Shown here piece by piece: positions 1 to 12,840 of a DNA stretch of 64,000 nt (position 1 is its first letter; every line of letters begins with the position of its first letter). The stretch is from contig CAJINV010000002.1 of the NCBI GenBank assembly GCA_905178155.1, forward strand, positions 905,809 through 969,808, given 5' to 3'. This DNA comes from Amoebophrya sp. A120. Taxonomy: Eukaryota; Protista; Dinoflagellata. A model generated the notes under the pieces. That model did not search any database. It was not told the origin of the DNA and saw only the letters and a list, made by a program, of their open reading frames with translations. The translations under genes and the position numbers were made by a program.

Positions 1-345
1 CCAGGTAGGTAGAAACGCCAGGAGGGCTGGCAATTCTACTGGAAATCAAGCTAGAAGCGCAAGCGCCATGGCATTCGTGCCAGAGATCGAAGATCCCTAC
101 AGGAAATTTAAGTAGAAATGCCAGCAGGCCTGGCATTCCTACAGGAAATCGAAGCAGAAATACCAGGAGGTCTGGCATTCCTACAGGGAATCCAGGCAGA
201 AATACCACCTCAGCCGGCATTTCTACTGGGAATCAAGGCAGAAATGCAAGGCCCAGCATTTCTACTGAGAGAGAATCAAGGTAGGCAGAAAGGCCCGAGC
301 CGGCATCCTCGCCCGGAATCCAGGTAGAAATGCCTCGGCCGGCAT
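1..345. repeat. Degenerate tandem repeat (~40-45 bp unit, GGCATT(C/T)CTAC..GGAAATC.AGG(C/T)AGAAAT(G/A)CC)
   Basis: About 7-8 imperfect copies visible; the 118..327 ORF simply translates the repeat (AFLQEIEAEI-like units). Confidence 0.7.
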
Positions 346-1009
346 TAGGGTACCCGCATCGCGCGCGCAGCGCGCGCGAAGAATTATTTCGCATGGCCTA
401 CGGCGACACAGGCAGCCGCTTTTGCTTCCTTTGAAGGGCGTGGGTGGGAGCGCGCATGGACATGGGACATGCGCGACAACGCAAATTGCTTCTAATCCTG
501 GAAAGGATTAGACAGGCGCGCGGCGCGCGCCGGCAAAATTGCAAAACCCAACAGGAGCTCGAAGGAGAAACACTGTACCGGGCCCGGCATTCTTGAAAAG
601 CTCCGCCCTAGCACAAACGGGCCTGCCCTACCCCTAAGCAACCAGAAACCATATTAACTCGCGCGCGCAGCGCGCGCGGAGTTTTTTCTCGGCTTCCGGC
701 TCCGAATCCGGTTCCCAGACAGTTTTTGCCGTCCGCCACTTCCCGGGCGGGGCCGTAGCAACAAAAAGCGCGCGAACCTAAAAAAACTTTTGCAACCCAG
801 ACGAGAACGAGAAGCGCCCCCCCCAGAATGAGAAACGCCATGCCGGTCACAATTTACCTCGTCTCACTGGCCTTCGCGACTGGGATAAAGCGAAAAAATA
901 TAATATAAGCACTCTATCCGTTCCCGTTCCTCGGTGTAGTTGCTGCATAAAATCAATCGGGTGCTCGCTTCTACTTGAGGCGACCGAGTAACAAATGTTT
1001 AGCGTATTA

Positions 1010-1061
1010 TTTATGATATGCTCCTGCTTGTGAGTTTTATGATATGCTCCTGCTTGTGAGT
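1010..1061. repeat. Perfect 26-bp tandem duplication
   Basis: tttatgatatgctcctgcttgtgagt occurs twice, back to back. Confidence 0.9.
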
Positions 1062-1380
1062 ACTTAGCTGGTGGTCTGTGCCTCAACTGACCACCAGCGC
1101 ATAAAACCAATTCGAGCTGTGTTCCTTTTTCTCGGTACAACCGAAAAAAAAACTTATAATGATTTTCGTACTATAAAAAAAAACCCACTGGAAAAACAAC
1201 ACTCATTCTCATTCCGCGCAATTTCGGGCAAGGTCATCACGATCCGAGGTCCTGGTCGACACTTTCTGAAGATGAAAATAGAATGAAAAGAAACTCCGGC
1301 TTCAGCATCGCAGAGGTTGTGCACTAGCTTCAGACGCTGCAGCACCACCAGCAGTTGTGCTGCGCTAACTTTATTTGGTA

Positions 1381-2226
1381 TTACTGACCACCTACCATCT
1401 GGCACTGAGACGGAGCCGCCGCCAGGGCCAGAACGAGTTCTGGTTCGTGTTTCCAGATTACCTCGGCCTCCTCTTTCTCGAGCTGTTCAAGGTCGTCGCA
1501 CAAGCGTCGCTGGGATTGGTTAGCCATGCACCACGTTCCTCCGCCGTTCACCGCAGCGACGCCAGCGACCGATAAAGCGGCCAAACACCCTGTTGTCAGG
1601 GGAGGACAATAACCGGAAGTCACGCACGCCAAAGCAAGCGGCCCGACACCCAGCGTGGCTACTGGAACGGCAGCCAGTTGCGCATCCTCGGCGCTCTGGT
1701 GTTTCTCACGGACATCTCGTAGCCACAGGGCCTCAATATCTCGGCGCCGACCTTGGATCTCGTGGCGGGCCAGGGACATGTGGGCGATTACCAGCTCGAG
1801 CTCATACAGGCCGGGCTCGTCTTTCAAAACCGGTATCGCATCCCCAAGTTGGTAGTAGACTCGACCGCCAACGGCAAGTCGTTTGGCGCCGTCGGTGCAT
1901 TTCGGTTTGATTCGGTATTGCGGGAAGGGGGGATGGTGGTGCAAGGTCGTGCCATTCGGACCCTGCATCCAGGCCGGCGCAAAAGGGACAACGGCCTGCA
2001 GTGGAGTGGTTCGCAAATCGTTCATGGCTTGGTTGAGGCGTATCACTGGGATGAAGGCCAGACCGTCTTCAGCATTGTGCCGCGGGTCTGCTTCGAACAC
2101 GACCAGGCCCTCTGCTGGAATTGCGTGCCTTTCGTGCGTCAGCCCGTTTACGACCGTGATATGCGTTCTCGAATTACTAGGGGTTGGAGCGGAACTTCTT
2201 GCACCCCCTCGGCGGCGGCACCGCAA
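1381..2226 (-). CDS. Hypothetical protein with hydrophobic hairpin and C-terminal coiled segment
   Basis: 281-aa ORF with natural-looking composition, a hydrophobic stretch (AAVPVATLGVGPLALACV...LAALSVAGVAAV) and LCDDLEQLEKEE. No family recognised; start uncertain. Confidence 0.45.
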   Translation of the reverse strand: MRCRRRGGARSSAPTPSNSRTHITVVNGLTHERHAIPAEGLVVFEADPRHNAEDGLAFIPVIRLNQAMNDLRTTPLQAVVPFAPAWMQGPNGTTLHHHPPFPQYRIKPKCTDGAKRLAVGGRVYYQLGDAIPVLKDEPGLYELELVIAHMSLARHEIQGRRRDIEALWLRDVREKHQSAEDAQLAAVPVATLGVGPLALACVTSGYCPPLTTGCLAALSVAGVAAVNGGGTWCMANQSQRRLCDDLEQLEKEEAEVIWKHEPELVLALAAAPSQCQMVGGQ

Positions 2227-3752
2227 CGTCGCACTGCCAACTTGGACGGCACCAACGGCAGGAAGAAGCGACGAAGAGCCCAGAAGTGCGAAATGAAAAT
2301 AAGCAGAAAGAAGGAGGAGGAGGATCCTTCACACCTGTTTTTAGCTATACGCATTGCTATCAAGTGGAACATGATGTCGCAGACCACCCGGAGGAAACGA
2401 GCAGGGAGGCACCGCTCTCAGGAGAAACACCTAATCGGCCAGCATTGTCTCCCGTTCCTTGTACCAATCGCGCCATAATGCAACTACATCTCTTCGAGTC
2501 GCGGGCACTGAGGTACACTGTTGCAGCTTCTTCTCTTCGAGCCGCGGCCGGGTGCGCGCCGTCTGCTCACAAGCTTACCCTCTGTGGTGCGGCTGTCTAC
2601 TCTGGGACGGTCCGGGGCTTGGGCGAGTTTAGGGTCATATCGGGCACCATATATGTTAGGTGCTTGTCCCTTAACTCTGTAGACACTTCGCTGCCTCCGC
2701 CCTGGAGCAGCTTGCGGCAGAGCTCACCTCCCGTTTTTTGTCACGATCAGGCGCTTCAAGGTGCTAGCTTTTGTGACCCACTAGCGCCTTTTCTCGGTTG
2801 GATCTGGCCGGACCTTCGTCTTGTTCTACAAAGTCCACATCTACTATATTAAGATGTGGCCTTTACCTTCGCACGCGGACTATCTGAGATTCTTCCACAC
2901 AGGCAGCATACTGGAGCGCGGAGAATCAAGATATTGATGAGTCTGTAGCTTGAATCAAGAAACGATGTGGATAAATCGGCAATCTCTATTTGAGAATAAT
3001 CAATATCAGGATCTATCGACATCTCAGCGGCTCGGTGTTCGGATGAATATCTAGCCGCCTCGACTCGCCTCGGTGCGGTTGGTTTTCTTGACCTACATCT
3101 TGGCGTGGCCTGTTGTTTTCGTTCTTGCGCTTCCGTTTGCGGAGGAGGATGTGGCGCCACGGCCTTGCTTAGCTCGCTCGCGGGATGAAGAAGTGAAGAA
3201 AAGACCGACTACGAACATCTGCCGCGCCCTCTCTCTCAAAAGTTGTTCTTGTTATGCTTTTTCATACTTAGTCACGTTCCTGTAGTTGCTCGCAGCCCAC
3301 CGTTGTAGATTTGTTTGCATTTTGCGTTGTGCTACTGCTTCCAACTGATTCAGACGCTGACGCCTTCACGGGAGGCTCCTGAAAGAAAATTATTTTATTC
3401 GAGACCGCTAGACTAAGTTTTTTGCCTCACACTACACGCGGCGCATTTCCACTTTCACCTACTTCTCTTCCAGCTCGGCCACCGTCTGTCGGTTTTCGCA
3501 TGTCAGTGTAGAGCTGGTGCTTGCGTGCGCTGCGCCTCGGGAAAGGTTCCGGTCCGCCCGCCCTAACACCCCTCGCCCTTGGATGCTTTGCCCGCTCGCC
3601 TTCGCCCTTCACCTCCACACTAGACGTCCAGCGCGGAAGCACAGCGTTCAGGATTTCGGTGGTTGTGGTCGCAAGTTTCTAGTCACGGTCTATAGCCAGT
3701 TTGAGGTCTTTCATCACCTCAACACCCGTTTTCCATCCTACCATCGGTCTTT

Positions 3753-4973
3753 CTACACTTCTCGCACCCATGGCGCGAGTTTGTCGATGAGCGCAGCGCT
3801 CACCGCTGATCGGATTTTTTCCGGTTCGTATGGTGTAGCTTCTTGTTTTTCGGTCACCGGGTGGCACTGTATGGCGGATCGCACACCACTTGGTAGTACG
3901 CCCGGGTAGATGTCTCCTACCTCTTTATAAAAATTGAGAAATTGCGGCACACTGCTGGGCTTCTTGATCAGATAAATTCTGAAGCTTAGCTTTTTGATTC
4001 TCGGCTGACTGAGGTACTTAGTGCGGATTTGCGGGATTTCCGCTGCCTGGCAGTCGAATAGCAGATGGCCAGTGGTCGGCACTGTCCTGCTCTTGCAGAG
4101 GGGACACACCATCACCACCCCGCCCTCGGCTTCTTTGTCATGCAAGATTTTGCCCATGCCTAGACGCCCTCTATGTGTTGTCCCTACCCATATCGGGAAG
4201 ATTATACTATTGACGAAATTCGGCCACCCTTCGCTACTCTGATAGGGCCCGATCTGTCTTGCTCTCTCTAGTAAGTAGGGGTGTGCAGAGGATCCTGCGT
4301 CATACTTGTTCAAGATTTTCTCTTCTAGAAGCCTGCGAAGCAAATTTGCAGTCAGCGCTTTCCTATACAACTCTCTACCCACCTCTTCTCCCCGCTGGTG
4401 ATCGAGCCCCTGCGTCGCCATCTCGTCCGCCCAGTCGTTGTAGTAGTTGCCCAAATGCGACCCTGTCCATGCAAATTCAAAAGAGCATCCTGGAGCACAT
4501 GCCGCTTCTAGTTTTTCTAGTTCTAGCACCACCATGATAATCATGGGGTTGCTACGGTCTCTGTATGCCTTCAGGGCCATTAGCAGCCCGTTGCTATCTA
4601 TGTAAAACTTATGCTTCTTAATTCTTCGAAGGGTGGTAGGATCGACCTTATTGATCAACTCGCGAATGTGATGGATAAGACCAAAACATTCGCCATCAAA
4701 AGAATCAGGATCCGCTTCTGGGATCTCTGACACGATGCCGCAACAGCTCACCACCAGGGGAGCGGGGGTCTCCTCCTGGAACTTGCATCCCGTCCAGGAG
4801 GCACCGCCCCCGCTGCCCGTTTCTCCTTTTGCTCCTCCGTCTGTGCATGAGACCATTACTGTTGGATCTGCTATGGCCCGCTGGATCTCGGCCTCTGTGA
4901 TCTGGGAGATCAGCAGCCTGCACTTGTCTTTCAGCTTGTGGTCGTCTCCGCATGCTGCAGGGTCTGGGACCCC
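3753..4973 (-). mobile_element. Non-LTR retrotransposon (LINE)-type RNase H + CCHC zinc-finger ORF, no RT domain present
   Basis: RNase HI motifs in order: CTDGG, SFDGEC, YIDS, WTGSHLGNYYNDWADEMA; then CPLC...GHLLFDC. The frame is open upstream of the ATG at 4856 to a pyrimidine-rich AG at ~4975. Confidence 0.75.
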
Positions 4974-6301
4974 TGAAAATAAGCAGAAAGAAACAACATG
5001 CTAGCAACTGCAGCACTTTGAATATTGCAGGACCCGAGATGAAAAGGCGAAAACATCTTTGTCTTGTATCAGATAAAAGAGCTGCTGTATAATATTTGTT
5101 ATTGTTTGTTAATGTTTGTTGGTCTATTTCGTGCGTAGCGCTAGCGTTACACGACGGACGGCGACAATTATTTTGTTTCAGATGAAGTGCTGTAGAGCGA
5201 TTGCTCGTTTAAATAAAAAAAGTAGCTGTAGTGAAGATAATCCCTGTTGTCTGTATAACTTCTTCTTGATGGAAATCCTAGCAGCAGATTTTACACGTAG
5301 AGCAGCAATGAACTGGTGAGGTTATGTGACCCTCGGGAGGATTCAAGTTCAACTTCAATACTTCAATTGATTTAGGTTACTCTTGAAATAAGCTTATAGG
5401 ATTGTTGAGAAGTAGACGCGAAATAGAGCGGATGAATTTGTAGTACTTGATGCTTGAGCAATGTGTTGATGTTGTCGAAGAAAACGACTCCAACTTTGAC
5501 CTGTATAATGTACGTGGTTTCCTGAAGAAAATTATGTCCGGCAAGGTCTAGCATTAGCAACATGAAAACAGGGCTCTTTTGTATCAAACTTCCGCAATGA
5601 GAACATCACAGTGGTACCACGTCAGCGCTCTGTGGTACCAAACTGTCGCCCTAGCGGCACCGATGGATCACCAAAACAGAATTTTGGCATAACTTCTTTC
5701 GCCAATAGGATCGATTGGTTCGTCTTTCGTGCAATCATTCTTGCAGGTGGTGATCTAGGTTGTTTTTGTTTTTCTTGTTCCGAAATTTGACATTCATATT
5801 GATCATGATCGTACTATGTGAGAAGTCGATGAGCAGGCATCTAGATCAAATTTATCTTCCTCAAAACTGTTTCTGACCAAAGGCCTGTTTCGCGATCTTT
5901 GTTTCGTGCGGTACGAAGATTTGAAATGAAAAACACTCGATGTTGGGACCTGTCACCAAGCGGAATTGCGTTGGTCTTTCCGCCCATGATACCATCTCAA
6001 CACAAGGCCGTGCAAGTAGATTTTATATTGTCTTGTTGCTCTACTGTCCGGATCTGACGTTTTACAAAAATGCGCCTACATCTAGTACCGCCCACATGGA
6101 GGGTCAACATTCCAACGCATTTTTGCAATCTGAAGTGAAGAACATTACGGAGGGTTCATGTTGTCCTCCTACTTCAAAACGCATTGGCTTTTGATCTGGG
6201 TCGTGTTTTTTAGCCGCCGCGGACGGCTCCTTCGTAGTTGCAGGACTTTGTTCGGAAAAAAGGAGACAAGTAATAGATACTACTTCATGATCTTCCACCT
6301 C

Positions 6302-6925
6302 CTATGCTCCTCCCTTCTTGGATTTCGACGGCGTGGGTAGGTCCGAAATCAGACTGCTGCCGACAGCTACCCGAGCACTGGGACTGCCACGACTGGGGTC
6401 TTCATGCTCAACTACTTGTGGTTCATCTGCTGCTGCACCGTCGTAGTGAGTATTCTTCCTCTTCGGCGTAGTATTTCCAACACGAACGGCAGTAGTGTCT
6501 CCACCTCCACCAACTGCGCCATCCTGCTGTCGCCCATTGCTTGTGGTCGTCGCGCCTGCTGACCGCTGACGCCAGAAACTTCTACTCTTCGCTTTATTTT
6601 CAACATTTTTGTTTTCGCCCGCTGCGCCGCGGCTTGATGCAGATTGATGCTGTTCGGATGAAAAGTTACACTCCTCTGTGTGTGGGAAGATGTTGCTGTC
6701 GTCATTTTCGGTGATGCAATTGTGGTTCATCATCTTCGAGATGTTGTCATCTTCCTCTCGCGTCGACGCACTTTTTCGTCGAGTACTTTTCTTCGAAGGA
6801 GCTGCCATCGAAGGCTGGCCTGCTGCTCTTGGAGCGGAGGGGTCGGGTGCAGAAGCAGGAGGAGTTGTTCTTCCGCTAGCAGGGGCGACGACCTGGTGTG
6901 ATCGACGTCGTGTACGTGATGACAA
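6302..6925 (-). CDS. Hypothetical low-complexity protein
   Basis: 207-aa S/T/A/R-rich ORF on the same strand as all other genes. Confidence 0.4.
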   Translation of the reverse strand: MSSRTRRRSHQVVAPASGRTTPPASAPDPSAPRAAGQPSMAAPSKKSTRRKSASTREEDDNISKMMNHNCITENDDSNIFPHTEECNFSSEQHQSASSRGAAGENKNVENKAKSRSFWRQRSAGATTTSNGRQQDGAVGGGGDTTAVRVGNTTPKRKNTHYDGAAADEPQVVEHEDPSRGSPSARVAVGSSLISDLPTPSKSKKGGA

Positions 6926-7126
6926 TGAAGAGCAACAGGAAGAGCGTGAGTGTGTTGTTGATTTTTCACAACAGGAATTCCATCATAATGTAGTTAGACC
7001 AAAGGTTATTTGTCATTCTCATCATGGGATGTTCGATCCTTATGGAAGAAATGAATTATTGGAACCTTCAGCTTCACGATCAAACATCAATAACCCTAGC
7101 CGATAAATTGTAATTGAATACAGCAG

Positions 7127-10100
7127 CTATACGTCGTCCTGGGCAGAAGTAGCAGCAGCAGCTCCTCTGATGTCGTGTTTCCTTTCTTCGCCAGATTTAC
7201 TTGGCTCATCCTTCGTCTGGGCGCCTCGTGTGGTGTCACCGTCTTTTTTGTCGGCACAACTGCTACTTTTCCCCGCCTCTGGACCTGCCCCGCTTCTCCC
7301 TTGGTCCTTTTCCCCCTTTTCCACCGCTTTCCCGAGCATCACGCCCAGTAGCGAGACGTCCTTTTCTAGTTCTTCGGCCTCTTTCTCCAAAACCTTCAGG
7401 TTCTGGTCCAGTGTGTCCGTTCGCTTCATGTCAGCGGCCATCAGAGCCGCGATCACTTGCGAGAATCCATCATCTATCCTGTGCAAAAGTATCGTACTCG
7501 TAGTAATTGCTGTCATGCATTACAATTTTTTTCCCGAAGGTAAATCCGTATGAGAAATTTTATTTCTCATGCTGAGGAAATTTGTAATGCATTTATACGA
7601 GTACGATACTTTTGCAATGCATATCATCTCCACCGCCACTTCCTGCCGCTGGCAACGCCCGGTTGAGCCACTCCTTGTCTGGTTCCGGCGCCGCAGCGGA
7701 ATTTTCGCCTCCTGTAGCCATGAGTTCCGCGGATGCGCTGAGTTCCTCTTCCAATTTTCTCAACTCTAACTGCCACATGGCGACCGCGGTGAACAGCTGG
7801 AACCTGCGCTGTACGGTCTCGGCGAGAATTTTCAGCTTCTCTACCTGTTCTACGTCTTCAATCTGGAACTCGGAATATGAGAGTGCACAACTTCGCCTCC
7901 CCCTCATTCGTGTAGCATGAACGGCAATACAAGCGTCAGTAAGAGTGTTGGCTTTGCATGACAAATTTGCACAGGACGAGTATAGTACTGTTTGGGCTTT
8001 TCTGGAGTTTGTCATGCAAACAGTGCCAAGGGGCAGCGCCTGGATTTGGTAGTAATTTACATGACAAATGAGGGAAGGGGGGAGTTATGCACTGTCATAC
8101 GTAAATCAGTTTCGTCACAAAATCCTGCGGCTTGAACTCGTCCCACTTTATCCTGTGCAAAAGTATCTGATACTCGTATTGCAATTACAAATCCTTTTCT
8201 TAAGCAGGTCAATCCACATTACAAATTTTATTTCTCATGCTAAGGAAATTTGTAGTGCATTCATACGAGTACTACGATACTTTTGCAGTTCATACACTTC
8301 ACGCCCTTGCGATTATGCATGGCAAATATCGAAGATCTGGGTCCTCTGGAGGAATGCGCATGTTTGTCATGCTTGTCTGGCATGAATCCGAGGTTTGTGA
8401 TGCATGTTGTGCACCACAAACAGCCCCTCTTACCTGCCATGAAAAAATGCGGAAATTTGTCATGCGTAAAAATAGAAATACGCACCACATAGCACGACCT
8501 CAAGAATCTGTCATGCGTAGCTCCGTACTGCAGTGCGCCCACCATTCTTTATTCACAGACTGGCATCACAAGTTCTTTCCAGACGCAGACACTACATATT
8601 ATGTGCAGCTGATAGCCCTCCTTGTAGAGCAAAAACTGCGGCGTGCCGCGGGCCATCGGGAGCCCTGGAGGAAAATCGTTCTGCTCCACATTGATGCGCA
8701 GAAACCGCACCGGATCAAGAAAAGCGAACTCTTGCAGGCGGGCCTGATTTATTTCATTGCAACATTATGTACATGCTCCAGGAGCGGTCTTTGTGCAGTA
8801 TTTGATGTGTACAACGTGAACCTTCACATGATCATCAAAATACACAATAAATCGGAATCACGTATTGAGCACATGGCAACATCTTGCACGGAATGGTACA
8901 TGGTTTTATGTTGTACCAAGCTCTCCATCATGGGGCGCATGAGGAAGCACAGAAAGCAGGTTTCCTATTACAGTGCACAACCCTTCCTCCCCCTCATTTG
9001 TGATGCAAATTCCAAGTCTACCTTTTGCCTGTTAGCACTTTTTGCATGACAGATTCCGAAAGCCAAAACAGCACTGCAATCCTCTAGGAATTTGTCATGC
9101 AAAAGCAGCATCTTTGCCACTTGTGTTGCTGTTCATGCAACACAAAGGTGGGGGAGGGGGAGTTGTGCTGTTTCATATTTCCTCGTACATCTGCAAAACC
9201 ACGGGGTACTCGTGCGAGTCTTCCATCACAAACTGCTCGATATCCTGTGCAAAAGTATCGCACTCGTAGTAATTGCAGTCATGCATTACAGATCTTTGTC
9301 TTAAACTAAATCCGCATTACAAATTCTATTTCTCATGCTGAGGACATTTGTAATTCATTTATACGAGTACGATTACACTTTTGCAATGCATACTCGAATT
9401 GCGCCGCGGAGATAGTCTGGATACCCTTTTCCTTGATAACAAAGTCCTCCTGCGACACGAATTCGTAGAAGGGTTTCACGGTGGTCTGGACAAATTCCTT
9501 CATCTCTATTAAAAGATCCTTTTCTGCCGCCCTCGCAGCCATTTTGCGCCGTTTCAACTCTTCGAGAGAAGATGTTGATGAATTGGAAGATGAAGTTGAA
9601 GTAGTAGTCCCACTATTATCGTCCGACTTTTGCTCATCAGTTTTCCCTTCTGCAACCGCGGCTGGGTTCGACAAGTTGAACTCGAACTTTCCCTTGCGGT
9701 GCCCCCGGTAGGTCATGAATTTCACCGTGGTGTGCGCGTCAACCGCGAGGTTCTCCTGGATCGTGTAGTAGAACTTGATCTCTTTTGGCAAGCTGTTCCG
9801 GATTTTCCCTGGCTTCAATTTTTGATATGGAGAGAAAAAAGTTTGTCACAGTCACTACCTTGCAGGTTTTGCATTACAAATTTTTTGAGCATCGCAACTT
9901 TTCCTTGTATTGCAGAAACACTAGCGAAATCCCTTACGAAGTTTGGCTGTGATGCATTTTTACGCATGACAGAAAGTTTTGTATTGCAAAAATGCGCATG
10001 AGTGATCGTGACGAACTTTTTTTGGTTGATATTTGATGCGGCATCTTCTCTAAGTCCTCGTCCGTTTTCGGCATGTCCGGTATCCCGATGATTTGCGACC

Positions 10101-12840
10101 CGATCAAAGGCCTCGACTCTGGATCAACCCCATCGGCGTCCGCGCGGACTCTCGTCGTGATCGTGCCCGGAGTCATGTTGTAGTCGACACTGCCCCGGCC
10201 GGACTGTGCGTAGATAATTTCGTTTGCCGGGGTGAAACTCCCGGCGTGTTTTTCCTGGTTGGTACAGTGCTCGATCACCATTTTTTGCAGCTTTATCCTG
10301 AGTAAAAACGTCTCCACCCCATAGCTGTCATGCAGATTTGCGATTACAGGAAGATTTGTAATGCGCATCTCCGTGAGAGGCATTTCCAGTCGCGGTTTGG
10401 AATTTGTAATGCTGTAAACGGGATGAGCAGATGGATTTGTGATGCGGCTGCACTTGCTAAACTGCACTACACTACGGACTGGAATTTGTCATGCGTTGCT
10501 CTGAAAGCTTCTGGGTTTGTGTTGCTAAGTTCCCAACTTGACTATGGGGTGGGGACGTTTTTACATATGATAAGCTTCCGGATGTGCTTTTTGAACACCG
10601 GATCGTGGAGCTGCCTGTCATATGCAGTGCAAAAGTATCGCACTCGTACTAATTCTAATTGCGCTTAGGCATTACAAATCTTTTTCTTAAGGCCAATCCG
10701 CATTACAAATATACTTTGTAATGCTAAGGCAATTTGTAATGCAATTTAGACTAGTTCTAGTTGTACGATGCTTTTGCAATGCATATGTCACTGCTGGCGA
10801 CGATGACGAAGAGATTGTCCGAATTGTCGAAAACCTCGTCCGTGATGAGGTTTAGCGCCAGGACTTTCCTCAACTCAATCGATATCCTGAGCAAAAACGT
10901 CCCCACGACCCCACAGTCATGTTGGGAATGTAGCAAGGCAAGTCTCCAGGTTTTGGGACCTGTGCATGACAGGTTTCCCTCTGCAGTGTAGTGCTGGTTG
11001 GCAAGGGAAGCCGCATGAGAAAGCCATCCGCTAATCCTGTTTACAGCATTACAAATGCCAAAACACGATTGGAAATGCCTCTCATGGAGCTGCGCATTAC
11101 AAATGTTCTTGTCAGTTCGCATTTGCATGACAACTCTGGGGTGGGGACGTTTTTACGTAGGATAGCCGACTCTTCATCTTCGAACTCCTCCTCGTCCGTT
11201 AAGAAATTATCTTCCTCGACTATGGATGTGTCAGGATCGAAATCAACAAAATCGAAATAATTTGTGATGCATAAAATCGATACCAGTTGGAGTCTGAGTT
11301 TCCAAGTGGCGCATGACAAATTTTGGGAGCACCAAAACCCAGTCTGTCATGCTGTTTAGGCAAAGAAGGCTGCGCCTGTCATGCTACTCCGGCAGCACAT
11401 TGTATCCCCCTAAACAGGCTTACAATCGGTCTCATTTGCCTGCTCCCCAATACAGGCCCTCAGTGCCCTACATTTTATGCATCACAAATTTTTCGACTCT
11501 GTCGATTTCGATCCTGACACATCCATATCGACGTCGGGAATAATATTCCCCTCCGAATCTACGTTCTTCATCCGGAAACCGACGAGTTCCCAGAACATTT
11601 TTCCGGATTTCAAATCGGCTAGAATCTGCTGCTTTTTCTTCTCTGAATTCGACAAGTAGAACCCGAGAATCTATGCAATGCAAAAGCATCGCACACGTAC
11701 TAGTATAAATTGCATTACAAATTGCCCCAGCATTACAAATCAAATTTGTAATGCTGATTGACCTTGAAAAAGGGATTTGTAATGCATAAATGCAATTAGT
11801 ACGAGTACGATACTTTTGCACAGGATAGGATCCCGCCGAATACGATGGAAGAAAACACGTAGAGCGACCTATTGGAAGGAAAAATCCCCCCTCCCCATAT
11901 TGAAAAGGTATGTCTCCGAAAATTTGTGTTGCTGATTTGAGGTCACAAATCACATTTGTCTTGCAAGAAGGCAACTCTACAGTCTCCGCCGCATTATGTG
12001 GACGGTAGGTTTGTGATGCTGCCTGGGTTACAGCATAGACATTTGTGATGCTAAGCGTCCACGTCAAAGCCCTGTACTCAGGCGCGGCATATGCCTTCAA
12101 TCCTGTACTGCAAGACAGCTCTGATTTGTGTACGGAAATCCAGCATTAGAAACTTCGTTTGATATGGGGAGGGGGGATTTTTCCTCACAATACGACCCAC
12201 GGAAGACCTGCTGCGCCCGCGTTTGCCAGGGTACGGAAAAGTCGAAAAAGGGGAATGGGGGCTTTGGCTGCTTCAAGGGGTCAATGCCGCGGGTGTCGGG
12301 GATGTAGGTGCTAGTACTACTTTTGCTGGGGTTTGCCGTTAATGTTTTGTCGGATGGATTGTTGTTTTCTGTGGCGAAATGTCGTAGTACTTTTGCTTGG
12401 GCGGGGTTTCCAAAAGCATTTTCATGTTGTACGAAGACAGGGGAGGACTGTAAGAAATTTTTAGGTCGGTTGGACAGCACCATCTGCTCGTTTGGTCGCG
12501 CTGCTCGCCCTGCGGTGCTGCTGGTTTCGGTTTGCGACAATAGTCCTCGATAAGGAAGTCGCGTCGCCCTCTTGATGTCTAAACCGCTGCTACTGCTACT
12601 GCTGCTACCTCCAGGAGATGCCCCTCCTGCAGCTGCATTCGTTGTTGTAACAAAGGTCCGGTAGGCGTAGGATGGGCATGGAAATAAACCACATGCTGGT
12701 GGCAGTAGAGTGTGAGGGAACATCATCAACCCGTGCTGCATATTAGCAGGGTCAGGGTAGTGCAGCTGCGGTCCTCTTCTAGAGCTTCTGTGGCGCAGCA
12801 GCGAACGGCGCACAGAGCAGGAACTTGCGGAGGACGTCAT
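7127..12840 (-). CDS. Multi-exon unknown protein; R/S-rich N-terminus (possible mitochondrial presequence) and one TM helix
   Basis: Removing introners plus one 5-bp repeat joins ORF pieces in frame: ...QVFRGS|LYVFSSIVFGGI|LGFYLSNSEKKK...DVE|EDNFLTDEEEF... and GSGGGD|DGFSQVIAAL. Middle junctions (8300-8960, 9817-10020) are uncertain. Confidence 0.6.
7475..7623. mobile_element. Introner family A (TIR TAT..TGCAAAAGTATCGTACTCGTA)
   Basis: TIRs; 5-bp DR tcatc/tcatc; removal restores frame. Confidence 0.9.
7876..8099. mobile_element. Introner family E (TIR TAT..CAGTGCACAAC..CCCCCTCATT)
   Basis: TIRs; DR cggaa/cgtaa. Confidence 0.85.
8149..8294. mobile_element. Introner family A
   Basis: TIRs; DR cactt/cactt. 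Confidence 0.9.
8314..8600. mobile_element. Degenerate introner family B
   Basis: tatgcatggcaaata..tctgggtc left end and ttccagacgcagaca right end; right boundary eroded. Confidence 0.55.
8966..9177. mobile_element. Introner family E
   Basis: TIRs; DR tttcc/tttcc. Confidence 0.88.
9241..9392. mobile_element. Introner family A
   Basis: TIRs; DR ctcga/ctcga. Confidence 0.9.
10294..10572. mobile_element. Introner family C (TIR TATCCTG.GTAAAAACGTCCCCACCCCAGAGT)
   Basis: TIRs; DR agctt/agctt. Confidence 0.9.
10621..10785. mobile_element. Introner family A
   Basis: TIRs; DR tgtca/tgtca. Confidence 0.9.
10883..11164. mobile_element. Introner family C
   Basis: TIRs; diverged DR atcga/gccga. Confidence 0.85.
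11221..11527. mobile_element. Introner family D (TIR TATGGATGTGTCAGGATCGAAATC), 307 bp
   Basis: TIRs; DR tcgac/tcgac. Confidence 0.9.
11672..11827. mobile_element. Introner family A (opposite orientation)
   Basis: TIRs; DR gaatc/ggatc. Confidence 0.88.
11870..12192. mobile_element. Introner family G (TIR TATTG..AGGAAAAATCCCCCCTCCCCATAT)
   Basis: TIRs; DR cgacc/cgacc; single copy in window. Confidence 0.85.

Noticed and set aside
5600-5930. Possible MITE (gtggtacca repeated twice)
   Set aside because: No matching opposite TIR or TSD could be identified.
8068-9309. ORFs with recurring YPVQKYRTR / MHLYEYDTFA / CKSIVLV peptides
   Set aside because: Conceptual translations of introner TIRs, not a protein repeat family.
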